A stretch of 53,375 nucleotides of DNA. Source: a virus. Taxonomy: Duplodnaviria; Caudoviricetes. The notes under the pieces were generated by a model, which saw only the letters and a program-made list of their open reading frames with translations, was not told the origin of the DNA and made no database searches. The stretch is from positions 1 to 53,375 of IMG/VR virus record IMGVR_UViG_3300032290_000786. The stretch is one strand, 5' to 3'. Below, piece after piece: positions 37,576-44,363 of the stretch. Made by a program: the position numbers and the translations under genes. How positions within the stretch are numbered: the first letter of the stretch is position 1; each line of letters begins with the position of its first letter.

Positions 37576-38163
37576 ATGGATAAAGATTTAGATGTAGAGG
37601 GTCTTAGCAGAGACGAACAGTTAGAGAAGTTTCAGGCTAACCTAAAAGAACTTGCACGACCAACTTATGACTTTGAGAGTTACGGACTAGAAGATTTGTG
37701 GTCTGAAGTCCTTCCCGGCCTATGGCAGGGTGGAACAGACGACTTTGATACTATCTACGAAGCAACTCCATACACTCCAACAGAAGAAACACCTATTGGG
37801 ATTACCAAGAAGGACTTTGATGTCGTAGTACCAGCCTATGCGTGGGCTAAGCCTGTTGATTGGGGCGTCAAGGAAGTCCGATTTGGTTTCTATGACGCGG
37901 ATATGAGCGACATAAATATGGGTGCTGTCTATCGTATTGTCAATGACATACACGCCGATTGGAAGCGTGGAGATAAGGTTCTAGTGCGCTGTCAGGCTGG
38001 CTGGAATCGTTCAGGACTAATCACAGCACTAATCCTTATGAAAGAGGGTTATACGGCTGATGACGCGATTTCGTTGATTAGAAAGAAGCGAAGTCCTCAC
38101 GCATTATGTAACAAGAAGTTTGAGAAGTTTCTTCGGGAACTTCCACCCTTCCCAAAGAAGTAA
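37576..38163 (+). CDS. dual-specificity / protein-tyrosine phosphatase family protein
   Basis: Catalytic CX5R loop VLVRCQAGWNRSG; AISLIRKKRS..ALCN..F. Confidence 0.9.
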   Translation: MDKDLDVEGLSRDEQLEKFQANLKELARPTYDFESYGLEDLWSEVLPGLWQGGTDDFDTIYEATPYTPTEETPIGITKKDFDVVVPAYAWAKPVDWGVKEVRFGFYDADMSDINMGAVYRIVNDIHADWKRGDKVLVRCQAGWNRSGLITALILMKEGYTADDAISLIRKKRSPHALCNKKFEKFLRELPPFPKK

Positions 38164-38322
38164 GAGCAAGGGCTGGCATAGGAAAAAGTAAAAACCTATC
38201 CAGCCCTTTGCTGTTTCTCAACGACACGCCGAAAGTCAGGAAGGTTTGACAAAAGGTCAGGAAGGCTGTAATCTTAGGGTATTAGTAAAAGTTACTAATA
38301 AGCAAGAAAGGGAAATGACGAA

Positions 38323-38505
38323 ATGATAATGCTAATGGATAAGAAGTTTATTGTTCGCAGACGAATTGCTTTTGCTGTTGCTGTTGTTTCTGCGGTTGCT
38401 TTACTAGCACTCGCAACTATTGGTTTAGACCATCTCAACTGGGTTGGCGATGGTTACTGCTTCAAGTCAAGTCTTGAGTGTTACTTTCCTGAAGGGGGGA
38501 AGTAA
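38323..38505 (+). CDS. small membrane protein
   Basis: RRR followed by TM; W.G.GYC.....C. Confidence 0.65.
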   Translation: MIMLMDKKFIVRRRIAFAVAVVSAVALLALATIGLDHLNWVGDGYCFKSSLECYFPEGGK

Positions 38506-38729
38506 TGCGAATAACTAAAAAAGGAAATGCTTTTATCAAAGACAGAGAAAAACTAAGCACACCTCGTGCGGAATTTTTACTCAAGTTCGCTTCTATGAGC
38601 GATGAACAGTTTGAGAAATGGTCTGAACTGGAAACAAGTGCTGAAGCAAGAGCATTTATGTCAGCAATACCAATGCCTCAAATGAAAACAAATGAAGTAT
38701 TTATCAAACTAGAAAAACAAGAGAGTTAG
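38505..38729 (+). CDS. hypothetical protein
   Basis: TAATG coupling. Confidence 0.6.
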   Translation: MRITKKGNAFIKDREKLSTPRAEFLLKFASMSDEQFEKWSELETSAEARAFMSAIPMPQMKTNEVFIKLEKQES

Positions 38730-38741
38730 GATAAAGTAAAA

Positions 38742-38909
38742 ATGGTTCTAGATACAGGCACACTTATTGGAATTACGATTGCGCTCGCAAGTTCTTGCAT
38801 AGTTATGGTTATCTCTATACGCTCTCATCGGGAGTTGTTACAAGAGAACAAAGCCTTGAAGGCACTACTTCGTGCCGAAAGAGAAATCAAGAGAGGGGGA
38901 AATAACTAA
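38742..38909 (+). CDS. small TM plus coiled-coil protein
   Basis: Read manually; coupled to the next ORF. Confidence 0.55.
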   Translation: MVLDTGTLIGITIALASSCIVMVISIRSHRELLQENKALKALLRAEREIKRGGNN

Positions 38910-39076
38910 TGGAAGAAATTACAACGACAGACGCCGCTTGCGGTTTCACTTGCCAGTTTGAGTGGATTGAAGTTTCATCAAACTTCTTCAACATCTCATT
39001 CTATACTCCAACACTAATCGCTGGACTAGTTGGATACTTTATCTATCGAGTAATCAAGAGAGCAAAGGGTAAGTAA
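38909..39076 (+). CDS. small membrane protein
   Basis: Read manually; TAATG on both ends. Confidence 0.55.
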   Translation: MEEITTTDAACGFTCQFEWIEVSSNFFNISFYTPTLIAGLVGYFIYRVIKRAKGK

Positions 39077-39543
39077 TGACAAAGCCAACTTGGGACAAAC
39101 TAGTTGAGGCAACACCTATGCACAATGGGAAACTTGTCGAACTAGAGCCTAACCAAACTTTCTGGCACAACAAGTTCTATGTAGTTGTGCGGACAGTCCT
39201 TGAACCTGAACTAGGGGAAAAGAGTGGTCTTCACCTGTCTATCCGACACCAAGAACGAAAAGCAATTCGGGATTGGCGACACTTTCAGCGCATCAAAAAC
39301 GAACTCGCTGGGGCAGAACGAGAAGCCGTAGAAATCTTCCCGCCTGAGTCCCAACTTGTTGATACTGCTAACCAGTATCACCTCTGGGTTCTTCCTGAAG
39401 GAACTACAAGTTTCTTTACTTGGAAGGACGGACGCCACGTTACGGACAATGCACAAGACCCCGAGACTGCTCAATGGTTGCGGGACAAAGGTATTGACCC
39501 ACAATTCACACAGAACTCTGTTCAGCGTCCGCAGGAGGAGTAA
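39076..39543 (+). CDS. conserved phage protein
   Basis: HLSI, DWRHFQRIKNEL.G...EAVEIFPPESQLVDTANQYHLW. Confidence 0.75.
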   Translation: MTKPTWDKLVEATPMHNGKLVELEPNQTFWHNKFYVVVRTVLEPELGEKSGLHLSIRHQERKAIRDWRHFQRIKNELAGAEREAVEIFPPESQLVDTANQYHLWVLPEGTTSFFTWKDGRHVTDNAQDPETAQWLRDKGIDPQFTQNSVQRPQEE

Positions 39544-39746
39544 TGGCAAAAAGTAAAAACATCGCAGAATCTGCGGCACAACTCTACGAAGGTGGGTTGT
39601 CTGTAGATGGTGTCGCTTCAGAACTAAAAGTCTCTTACAGATGTGCCCGTAGGGCTATCAAAAGTAGAGGCGTAATTTTACGAGACCCTTCAGCGCGGTT
39701 GAAGGGGAGAACTTCCCCTAAGAAGAAAAGGACAACAAATGAATAA
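39543..39746 (+). CDS. small HTH DNA-binding protein
   Basis: LYEGGLSVDGVASELKVSY......KSRGVILR. Confidence 0.75.
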   Translation: MAKSKNIAESAAQLYEGGLSVDGVASELKVSYRCARRAIKSRGVILRDPSARLKGRTSPKKKRTTNE

Positions 39747-39891
39747 CCTCAACATAGTTTGGACTGCCGTAGCAACTATAGGCTTCGGACTTGCTTCTTT
39801 TCTCGCTGCGTGGCAGAATAGTGTTGCTTGGTCTATCAGTCTAGGATTGTCAGCCGTTGCGTCAGCAACGCTGGCTAGCCGAGAGAAGTAG
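39739..39891 (+). CDS. small two-TM protein
   Basis: Read manually; AAAGGA RBS. Confidence 0.55.
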   Translation: MNNLNIVWTAVATIGFGLASFLAAWQNSVAWSISLGLSAVASATLASREK

Positions 39892-39912
39892 GTCAGGCTA
39901 CCTCCAAAGCGC

Positions 39913-39951
39913 AAGACCCTCTACTACCTTCCTCTGTAGGGGGTTTTGTTT
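39913..39951 (+). terminator. intrinsic terminator with CU-rich loop
   Basis: GACCCTCTAC-TACCTTCCTCT-GTAGGGGGTTTTGTTTT. Confidence 0.7.
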
Positions 39952-40029
39952 TGGCGTGTCGCTTGACTTAGTATAAATAGTGATGTAGTCTATGACTATC
40001 AAAGAAAAACTCAAGAAGGGGGTTTTTAG

Positions 40030-40143
40030 ATGAAAACCAAGAAAGAACAAATCATTTACATAAACTGCTGGAAATGCGGTCAAGTCTTTGCCACGCCTGA
40101 GCGTGAGTATAGAAATGGGCTCATTTGTGAGAAGTGTTACTAA
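40030..40143 (+). CDS. small Zn-ribbon protein
   Basis: CWKCG...CEKC; promoter 39963 plus RBS. Confidence 0.55.
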   Translation: MKTKKEQIIYINCWKCGQVFATPEREYRNGLICEKCY

Positions 40144-40202
40144 AAAACTTTAGATTTTTGGTAGAAAATGATACCTTCCTGACCTTTTTATGCTAATCTA
40201 GA

Positions 40203-40345
40203 ACCCTGAGAGCGACTCTAAGGACGCATTAGACACGAAAGGTTGAACAGACCTTATCTCCCCAAAGCGGGGGGAATAGAAGGTGGGCTTCTACAGACAC
40301 CGCGGTGGTTGGTAAGTCAGACCACTTGTCCCTATCCCCGAACAA
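40203..40345 (+). ncRNA. candidate structured 5' leader
   Basis: Four or five hairpins with alternative AAGGT/ACCTT pairings upstream of the transglycosylase. Confidence 0.4.
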
Positions 40346-40357
40346 AGGAAACACTCA

Positions 40358-40966
40358 ATGAATAGACCTACTAGCGGAGCCATCGAGAAAATCATTAGCG
40401 TTGCTGTAGCGGCTATATTTTTATCAGCATTTTCTGCTGCAACGCAGAACTCAAGTGCTGAAGAGATTGCCAAGATAAAACAACAAGAAGTAAAAACTCA
40501 GGCGGATATAGAAGCCGAGATTGAAAAGCAAAGACAGAAGATTGCCAAACTCCAACTGCAGAAGTTCTCAGTCCAGAAGACTGCCTTCACAGATGTCGAG
40601 TTAGCACAGATGCTTGCCGCTGTTGGGTTTGAAGGAAAAGCCCTCAAGACTGCGTGGGCTGTCGTAAAGAAGGAAAGTAATGGTCGTCCTCTTGCCTTCA
40701 ATGGCAACACACGGACTGGCGACTCTTCCTATGGCATATTCCAAATCAATATGATTGGCGGGCTAGGAGTTACACGCCGAGACAAGTATGATTTGGACAG
40801 CAACAAGGATTTATTTGACGCCGTTATCAACGCACAGATTGCTTACCATATGAGCAATGGTGGCGAGGATTGGACTTCGTGGAAAATCTCAGCCCCTTAC
40901 ACAAACTCAGATGAGATAAGATTTAGACAGTGGTATGAAAAGTTCCCAGAAGGAGTAGTTGGATGA
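40358..40966 (+). CDS. exported lysozyme-like lytic transglycosylase
   Basis: Signal/TM, coiled coil, AWAVVKKES, SYGIFQIN, N..IAY.MS.GG.DW..W. Confidence 0.8.
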   Translation: MNRPTSGAIEKIISVAVAAIFLSAFSAATQNSSAEEIAKIKQQEVKTQADIEAEIEKQRQKIAKLQLQKFSVQKTAFTDVELAQMLAAVGFEGKALKTAWAVVKKESNGRPLAFNGNTRTGDSSYGIFQINMIGGLGVTRRDKYDLDSNKDLFDAVINAQIAYHMSNGGEDWTSWKISAPYTNSDEIRFRQWYEKFPEGVVG

Positions 40967-41421
40967 GCCAAGAAGATTTAGATTACACAAACTATTATCA
41001 AGACGAACCTGCTGTTGAAGAGGTTGCGGTTGAAGAAGCAGAAGTTGTTGTTGTTGCAGAACCAGAAGTTGCTGCAGAGCCAATAGCAAAAAGTAAAAAG
41101 TCTTCAGCCGCCGCTGCTGTAGAACCAGAAGTTGTTTATTCTCCACCAGCATCTTCAGCACTGGAGTTGGGCGAGGTTCGTCTTTCAAGTCTTGTGTTTG
41201 AGGGAAATAGCGTGAACTCTCGGTCAGTTGCGTTAGTGCAGGAACGCCTAGTTGAACTAAGTTTCTATGATGCGGGAAGCGATAATCGCGGTTGGTTGGG
41301 TGCTGGAACTAAGAAAGCGCTCGCTGATTTCGCAGGTTTGAGCGTAGAAGAAGTTGTTGTAGATAGTGAAGAACTCATCAAGCGTCTCTTCGCAGGAACA
41401 CAAGTATCTGTAAGTAAGTAA
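40963..41421 (+). CDS. acidic protein with possible PG-binding-like C-terminal domain
   Basis: V.LVQERLVEL.F.....D..GWLGAGTKKAL..F. Confidence 0.55.
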   Translation: MSQEDLDYTNYYQDEPAVEEVAVEEAEVVVVAEPEVAAEPIAKSKKSSAAAAVEPEVVYSPPASSALELGEVRLSSLVFEGNSVNSRSVALVQERLVELSFYDAGSDNRGWLGAGTKKALADFAGLSVEEVVVDSEELIKRLFAGTQVSVSK

Positions 41422-41517
41422 CTTTCAACAAATCAGCGCTCTGGCTGTCAAATAAAATTGACTAGCCAGGGCGCTTTTTACTTTTTGCGCCCCGTGTAGA
41501 CTCGGAAGGACGACACA

Positions 41518-41802
41518 ATGGCTAAAGAAAAAACTGCTGTGGAAAATAATGATAAGACGATGGATAAAGCGAAGATGCTTGTTGGTCGTGTTATTGCTAC
41601 TTTTGCAGCATCAGGACTATCTGTCGTAGGTGCAGGGTCTTTGTTTGGTATTGAAGTATGGAAGTCAATTGGTCTTGCGGGTGGTTTGGGTGTCGCTACT
41701 GTTATAGAAGCGTTGTCTCGTTCTTATCTTGCAGATGGAAAGTTGACTACTGCTGAAATCAACGAAGCATTTAGCAAGGTTGACAAGCGTAAGGCTGAAT
41801 AG
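41518..41802 (+). CDS. holin-like two-TM membrane protein
   Basis: R.IATF.ASGL.V.GAG, DGKLT..EINEAF. Confidence 0.55.
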   Translation: MAKEKTAVENNDKTMDKAKMLVGRVIATFAASGLSVVGAGSLFGIEVWKSIGLAGGLGVATVIEALSRSYLADGKLTTAEINEAFSKVDKRKAE

Positions 41803-41825
41803 CATTTACCGATAGTTGTTCAAAT

Positions 41826-41864
41826 AAAGAAACCCCCTAGAGAAATCTAGGGGGCTTTCTTTTT
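41826..41864. terminator. bidirectional terminator at convergence of early transcription
   Basis: AAAGAAACCCCCTAGA-GAAA-TCTAGGGGGCTTTCTTTT. Confidence 0.85.
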
Positions 41865-41865
41865 A

Positions 41866-41946
41866 TTACTTCTGAATAGGGTCTTGAAGTAGAGCGATTG
41901 CTGTTCCTACAAGCCCTGCAAGGATTGCCATTATTGCGATAGCCAT
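41866..41946 (-). CDS. 26-aa hydrophobic peptide
   Basis: Own promoter (42002), RBS and terminator. Confidence 0.5.
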   Translation of the reverse strand: MAIAIMAILAGLVGTAIALLQDPIQK

Positions 41947-42149
41947 TTCCTCTTCCCTTTCTATTCGGTATAAGATATATAATATCTTATCACACACACT
42001 ATGTCAAGCAACAACACAATAGTTTATTTTCTTTGTGCCTTCGTTCTTCGTGTGAACCCAAGCGAACACCCAGCCTCGCTCGCGGTGGAAGAGTTCTTTT
42101 ATCTCCACCTGTCCCCCACAAGTATTACAGTTCTTTACTTCTTCAGACA

Positions 42150-42803
42150 TTACCAACACCTATTTCGGTTCTTCTCCATAATTGGTTGATAAGTCTTTGT
42201 CTCGCCGTGAACTGTTGCCTTGTATCCATAGCGAACAAGTCGGAAAGCAATAGCACTCGGAGTAACACCTAACAACTTTGCTAAGCGGTATTGAGTGCAA
42301 CCTTGCTTTATTGCCTCGTTGAGTAGGTAAGAGTATTCCTCTGCCTCTTCACGATACTTTGGTGAGTGCGACCTAACAAGTGCTGCTAATGGTTGTAGTT
42401 CCTTCATACGAGCCAACATTTCAGGATTAGGTTCCGTGTATACGGGTTTGACCTTTACCTTCATTTGTTTGCGTTCAGGTAGTGGAACTGCAAGTGTTGC
42501 AGGTGGGTGTTCAGTCTGTGTCCAGTTACGGGAGATAAGACGAATACTTTCAGTAGACATCTTCGCTGACCTCGCAATTGCTGTTGCTGTCCAACCTGCA
42601 CTCTCTAGAGCCTTGATGTAGTTATTGCGGTCTGACCTGCTAATAATGCTAGCGAAAGCATTAGTAACATTTTCAGGCAATACCTGTCCATACTTTTGCA
42701 CTACGCCTTGTTGAATAATCACAGGGCGTTTTCCTTGAGTCTCTCGCATAGCGTGAGCCTTTTGTAGGATTTCAGGGTTTGTCCCAAAATTTACCTTTGA
42801 CAT
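42150..42803 (-). CDS. twin HTH DNA-binding protein (paralog of 3651-4226)
   Basis: Shared LQPLA..VRSHSP.YR.EAEEYS and RLAK.LGVT...FRL.RYGY. Confidence 0.8.
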   Translation of the reverse strand: MSKVNFGTNPEILQKAHAMRETQGKRPVIIQQGVVQKYGQVLPENVTNAFASIISRSDRNNYIKALESAGWTATAIARSAKMSTESIRLISRNWTQTEHPPATLAVPLPERKQMKVKVKPVYTEPNPEMLARMKELQPLAALVRSHSPKYREEAEEYSYLLNEAIKQGCTQYRLAKLLGVTPSAIAFRLVRYGYKATVHGETKTYQPIMEKNRNRCW

Positions 42804-42952
42804 ATATTTCCTTTCGTTTGGTTATACCCTAAGTATATTAGTTAGTATTTATTTTGTCAAATCATTTGCTAAGTTACCAACCAGTAACTAAGTTGTTTGG
42901 AAGTGGGACAACCGGCCGCTGCCCATTTTTACTTTTTGTTATTGCTTCTTCA

Positions 42953-42987
42953 GAAAATAACCCCCGCGTTGTGCGGGGGCTATCTTC
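42953..42987 (-). terminator. intrinsic terminator
   Basis: AAAATAACCCCCGC-GTTGT-GCGGGGGCTATCTT. Confidence 0.75.
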
Positions 42988-42996
42988 CTCAGTTGT

Positions 42997-43332
42997 TTAG
43001 AGTTTGAGTAGTGTGCGGAGTTCGTTGGCTACTTTGTCGTCAAGACCTAGTGTCTCGCCTTCGTCCCCTGTCCCACCTGTGAAGATTACATCTCCAACAA
43101 TTACATCTGTAAAGCCGAAGTGCTTTTCCCATAGTAGGGTTGCGATTGCGTTGATAGGGAGTCCGTTTAGTTTTCCCTCTTCATTTACCCACATCGTTAG
43201 ATTGTCTGATAAATCTACCGCTTCAATGTAACCGCCTACTGCCTTTTGTAATGTAGACAGTTGAGACTCTCCCTCGTTGAGGTCTATCTCTTCTGCCTTG
43301 TTACCTTCTGCCGTTAGTGTTATTGCGAGCAA
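42997..43332 (-). CDS. DUF3846 domain protein
   Basis: LQKAVGGYIEAV, VNEEGKL.GLP.N..AT, D.IVGDV.F.G. Confidence 0.85.
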   Translation of the reverse strand: MLAITLTAEGNKAEEIDLNEGESQLSTLQKAVGGYIEAVDLSDNLTMWVNEEGKLNGLPINAIATLLWEKHFGFTDVIVGDVIFTGGTGDEGETLGLDDKVANELRTLLKL

Positions 43333-43408
43333 TTTAGTTTCCTCTCTTTGTCGCTTTGTCTTATCGTAAGTCTAGAGCATAGAGTTCTATATGTCAAGTA
43401 TTGGGGGA

Positions 43409-43445
43409 AAGAAAAACCCCCGCAGGTTATGCGGGGGCTTCTCTC
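43409..43445 (-). terminator. intrinsic terminator
   Basis: AAAAACCCCCGCA-GGTTA-TGCGGGGGCTT. Confidence 0.8.
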
Positions 43446-43452
43446 TAAGCCT

Positions 43453-43710
43453 TTAGGCTGATGTAGTTGAGAAGACTACTGCCTCTTCCTCTACTACCTC
43501 TTCAGTAGTTGTTGGGTGATTGAGGACGAGGTATAGAAGTTCTTCTGCACCCATCTCTTCGTGAGGTTCCCCACGAGTCTCTTTCATTACTACAACCTTC
43601 TCAATAGGTGCGGTAGCACCTAGTAGGAGTTCTCTTACTTGAGCCTTTGTGTCAATGATGTAGTAGTAAGTAGTTCCCTTGATTGTTACTGCTGTTCCAT
43701 ATGCGGTCAT
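43453..43710 (-). CDS. hypothetical protein
   Basis: Promoter, RBS and terminator cassette. Confidence 0.65.
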   Translation of the reverse strand: MTAYGTAVTIKGTTYYYIIDTKAQVRELLLGATAPIEKVVVMKETRGEPHEEMGAEELLYLVLNHPTTTEEVVEEEAVVFSTTSA

Positions 43711-43824
43711 TCGTTTTCCCCTTTTCTTTATATTGAAGCCCTTTGCTTCAATAAGATAAACATATACTACTTCTATACGCTTTGCAAGTCTAACTAGGTA
43801 TATGACCAGTCACACTTTAGTCAT

Positions 43825-43853
43825 AAGAAAACCCCCCTATGCGGGGGGCTTTC
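43825..43853 (-). terminator. intrinsic terminator
   Basis: AAGAAAACCCCCC-TATGC-GGGGGGCTTTC. Confidence 0.75.
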
Positions 43854-43861
43854 CTAGAGCC

Positions 43862-44011
43862 TTACCAAAACTTAGACCATACTCTGATTGGTTTCTCTGC
43901 TACTTGTAGAGCCTTTACTATTACAAGTGCAACACTCTCTAGAGTATCTTCAACCTTCTCTAAGATTTCCTTTTCTTCCTTTGAGAAGTTTGCGGTTACC
44001 TTGATTTCCAT
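43862..44011 (-). CDS. small hypothetical protein
   Basis: Read manually; promoter 44078, AAAGGGG RBS. Confidence 0.55.
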   Translation of the reverse strand: MEIKVTANFSKEEKEILEKVEDTLESVALVIVKALQVAEKPIRVWSKFW

Positions 44012-44118
44012 TTTCTTTCCCCTTTGTTAGGTTTTTACTTTTTCCTAACACCTAAATACTATCAAGTCTTTGTTATATGTCAAGTGTTTACTAATATATC
44101 CTCTGTGATTTAGGCAAC

Positions 44119-44149
44119 AAGAAAGCCCCCCTTGCGGAGGGCTTCCTTT
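44119..44149 (-). terminator. intrinsic terminator
   Basis: AAGAAAGCCCCCC-TTGC-GGAGGGCTTCCTT. Confidence 0.7.
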
Positions 44150-44150
44150 G

Positions 44151-44363
44151 TTACTTGCCGTTCTTTATATCTATTAGGTCTTGTATGTCTGCTTCCCAAG
44201 ACTGAACATCGTGTAGTTGTTCATCGCTTGCGGATAGTTCCCACTTCTCTACTTCTTGAGCGTATGTCTCTAGTTCTTCTAGCGACTTTGTTTCTGCTAA
44301 GTCCAGCCATTTGATGTATTCATCATCTGCTAGGTATTCAGCAAGTGTTGGAAGTTTTTGCAT
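44151..44363 (-). CDS. acidic hypothetical protein
   Basis: Promoter 44437, GAAAGGG RBS. Confidence 0.65.
   Translation of the reverse strand: MQKLPTLAEYLADDEYIKWLDLAETKSLEELETYAQEVEKWELSASDEQLHDVQSWEADIQDLIDIKNGK

Larger units (their letters stand above)
20565..39991 (+). promoter_or_regulatory. array of near-consensus SigA/sigma70 promoters (plus strand)
   Basis: TTGAC(A/T)-N16-18-(mostly TAnnnT) with -35 at 20565, 20705, 20911, 21140, 22576, 23021, 24160, 24600, 26293, 28701, 30164, 31187, 32403, 33612, 33980, 34367, 34980, 35294, 36114, 36484, 37034, 37294, 37519, 38246, 39963. Confidence 0.85.
19862..42904. repeat. dispersed motif B, AAGTTGTTTGTAGT(T)
   Basis: On +: 19862, 20326, 22530, variants 20453, 20502, 22450, 36868, 42890; on -: 33870, 34935, 36998. 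Confidence 0.8.

Noticed and set aside
40203-40357. c-di-AMP (ydaO) riboswitch
   Set aside because: Conserved GCUGAAUCC, GGGGUGAAU and GCUAAC elements not seen
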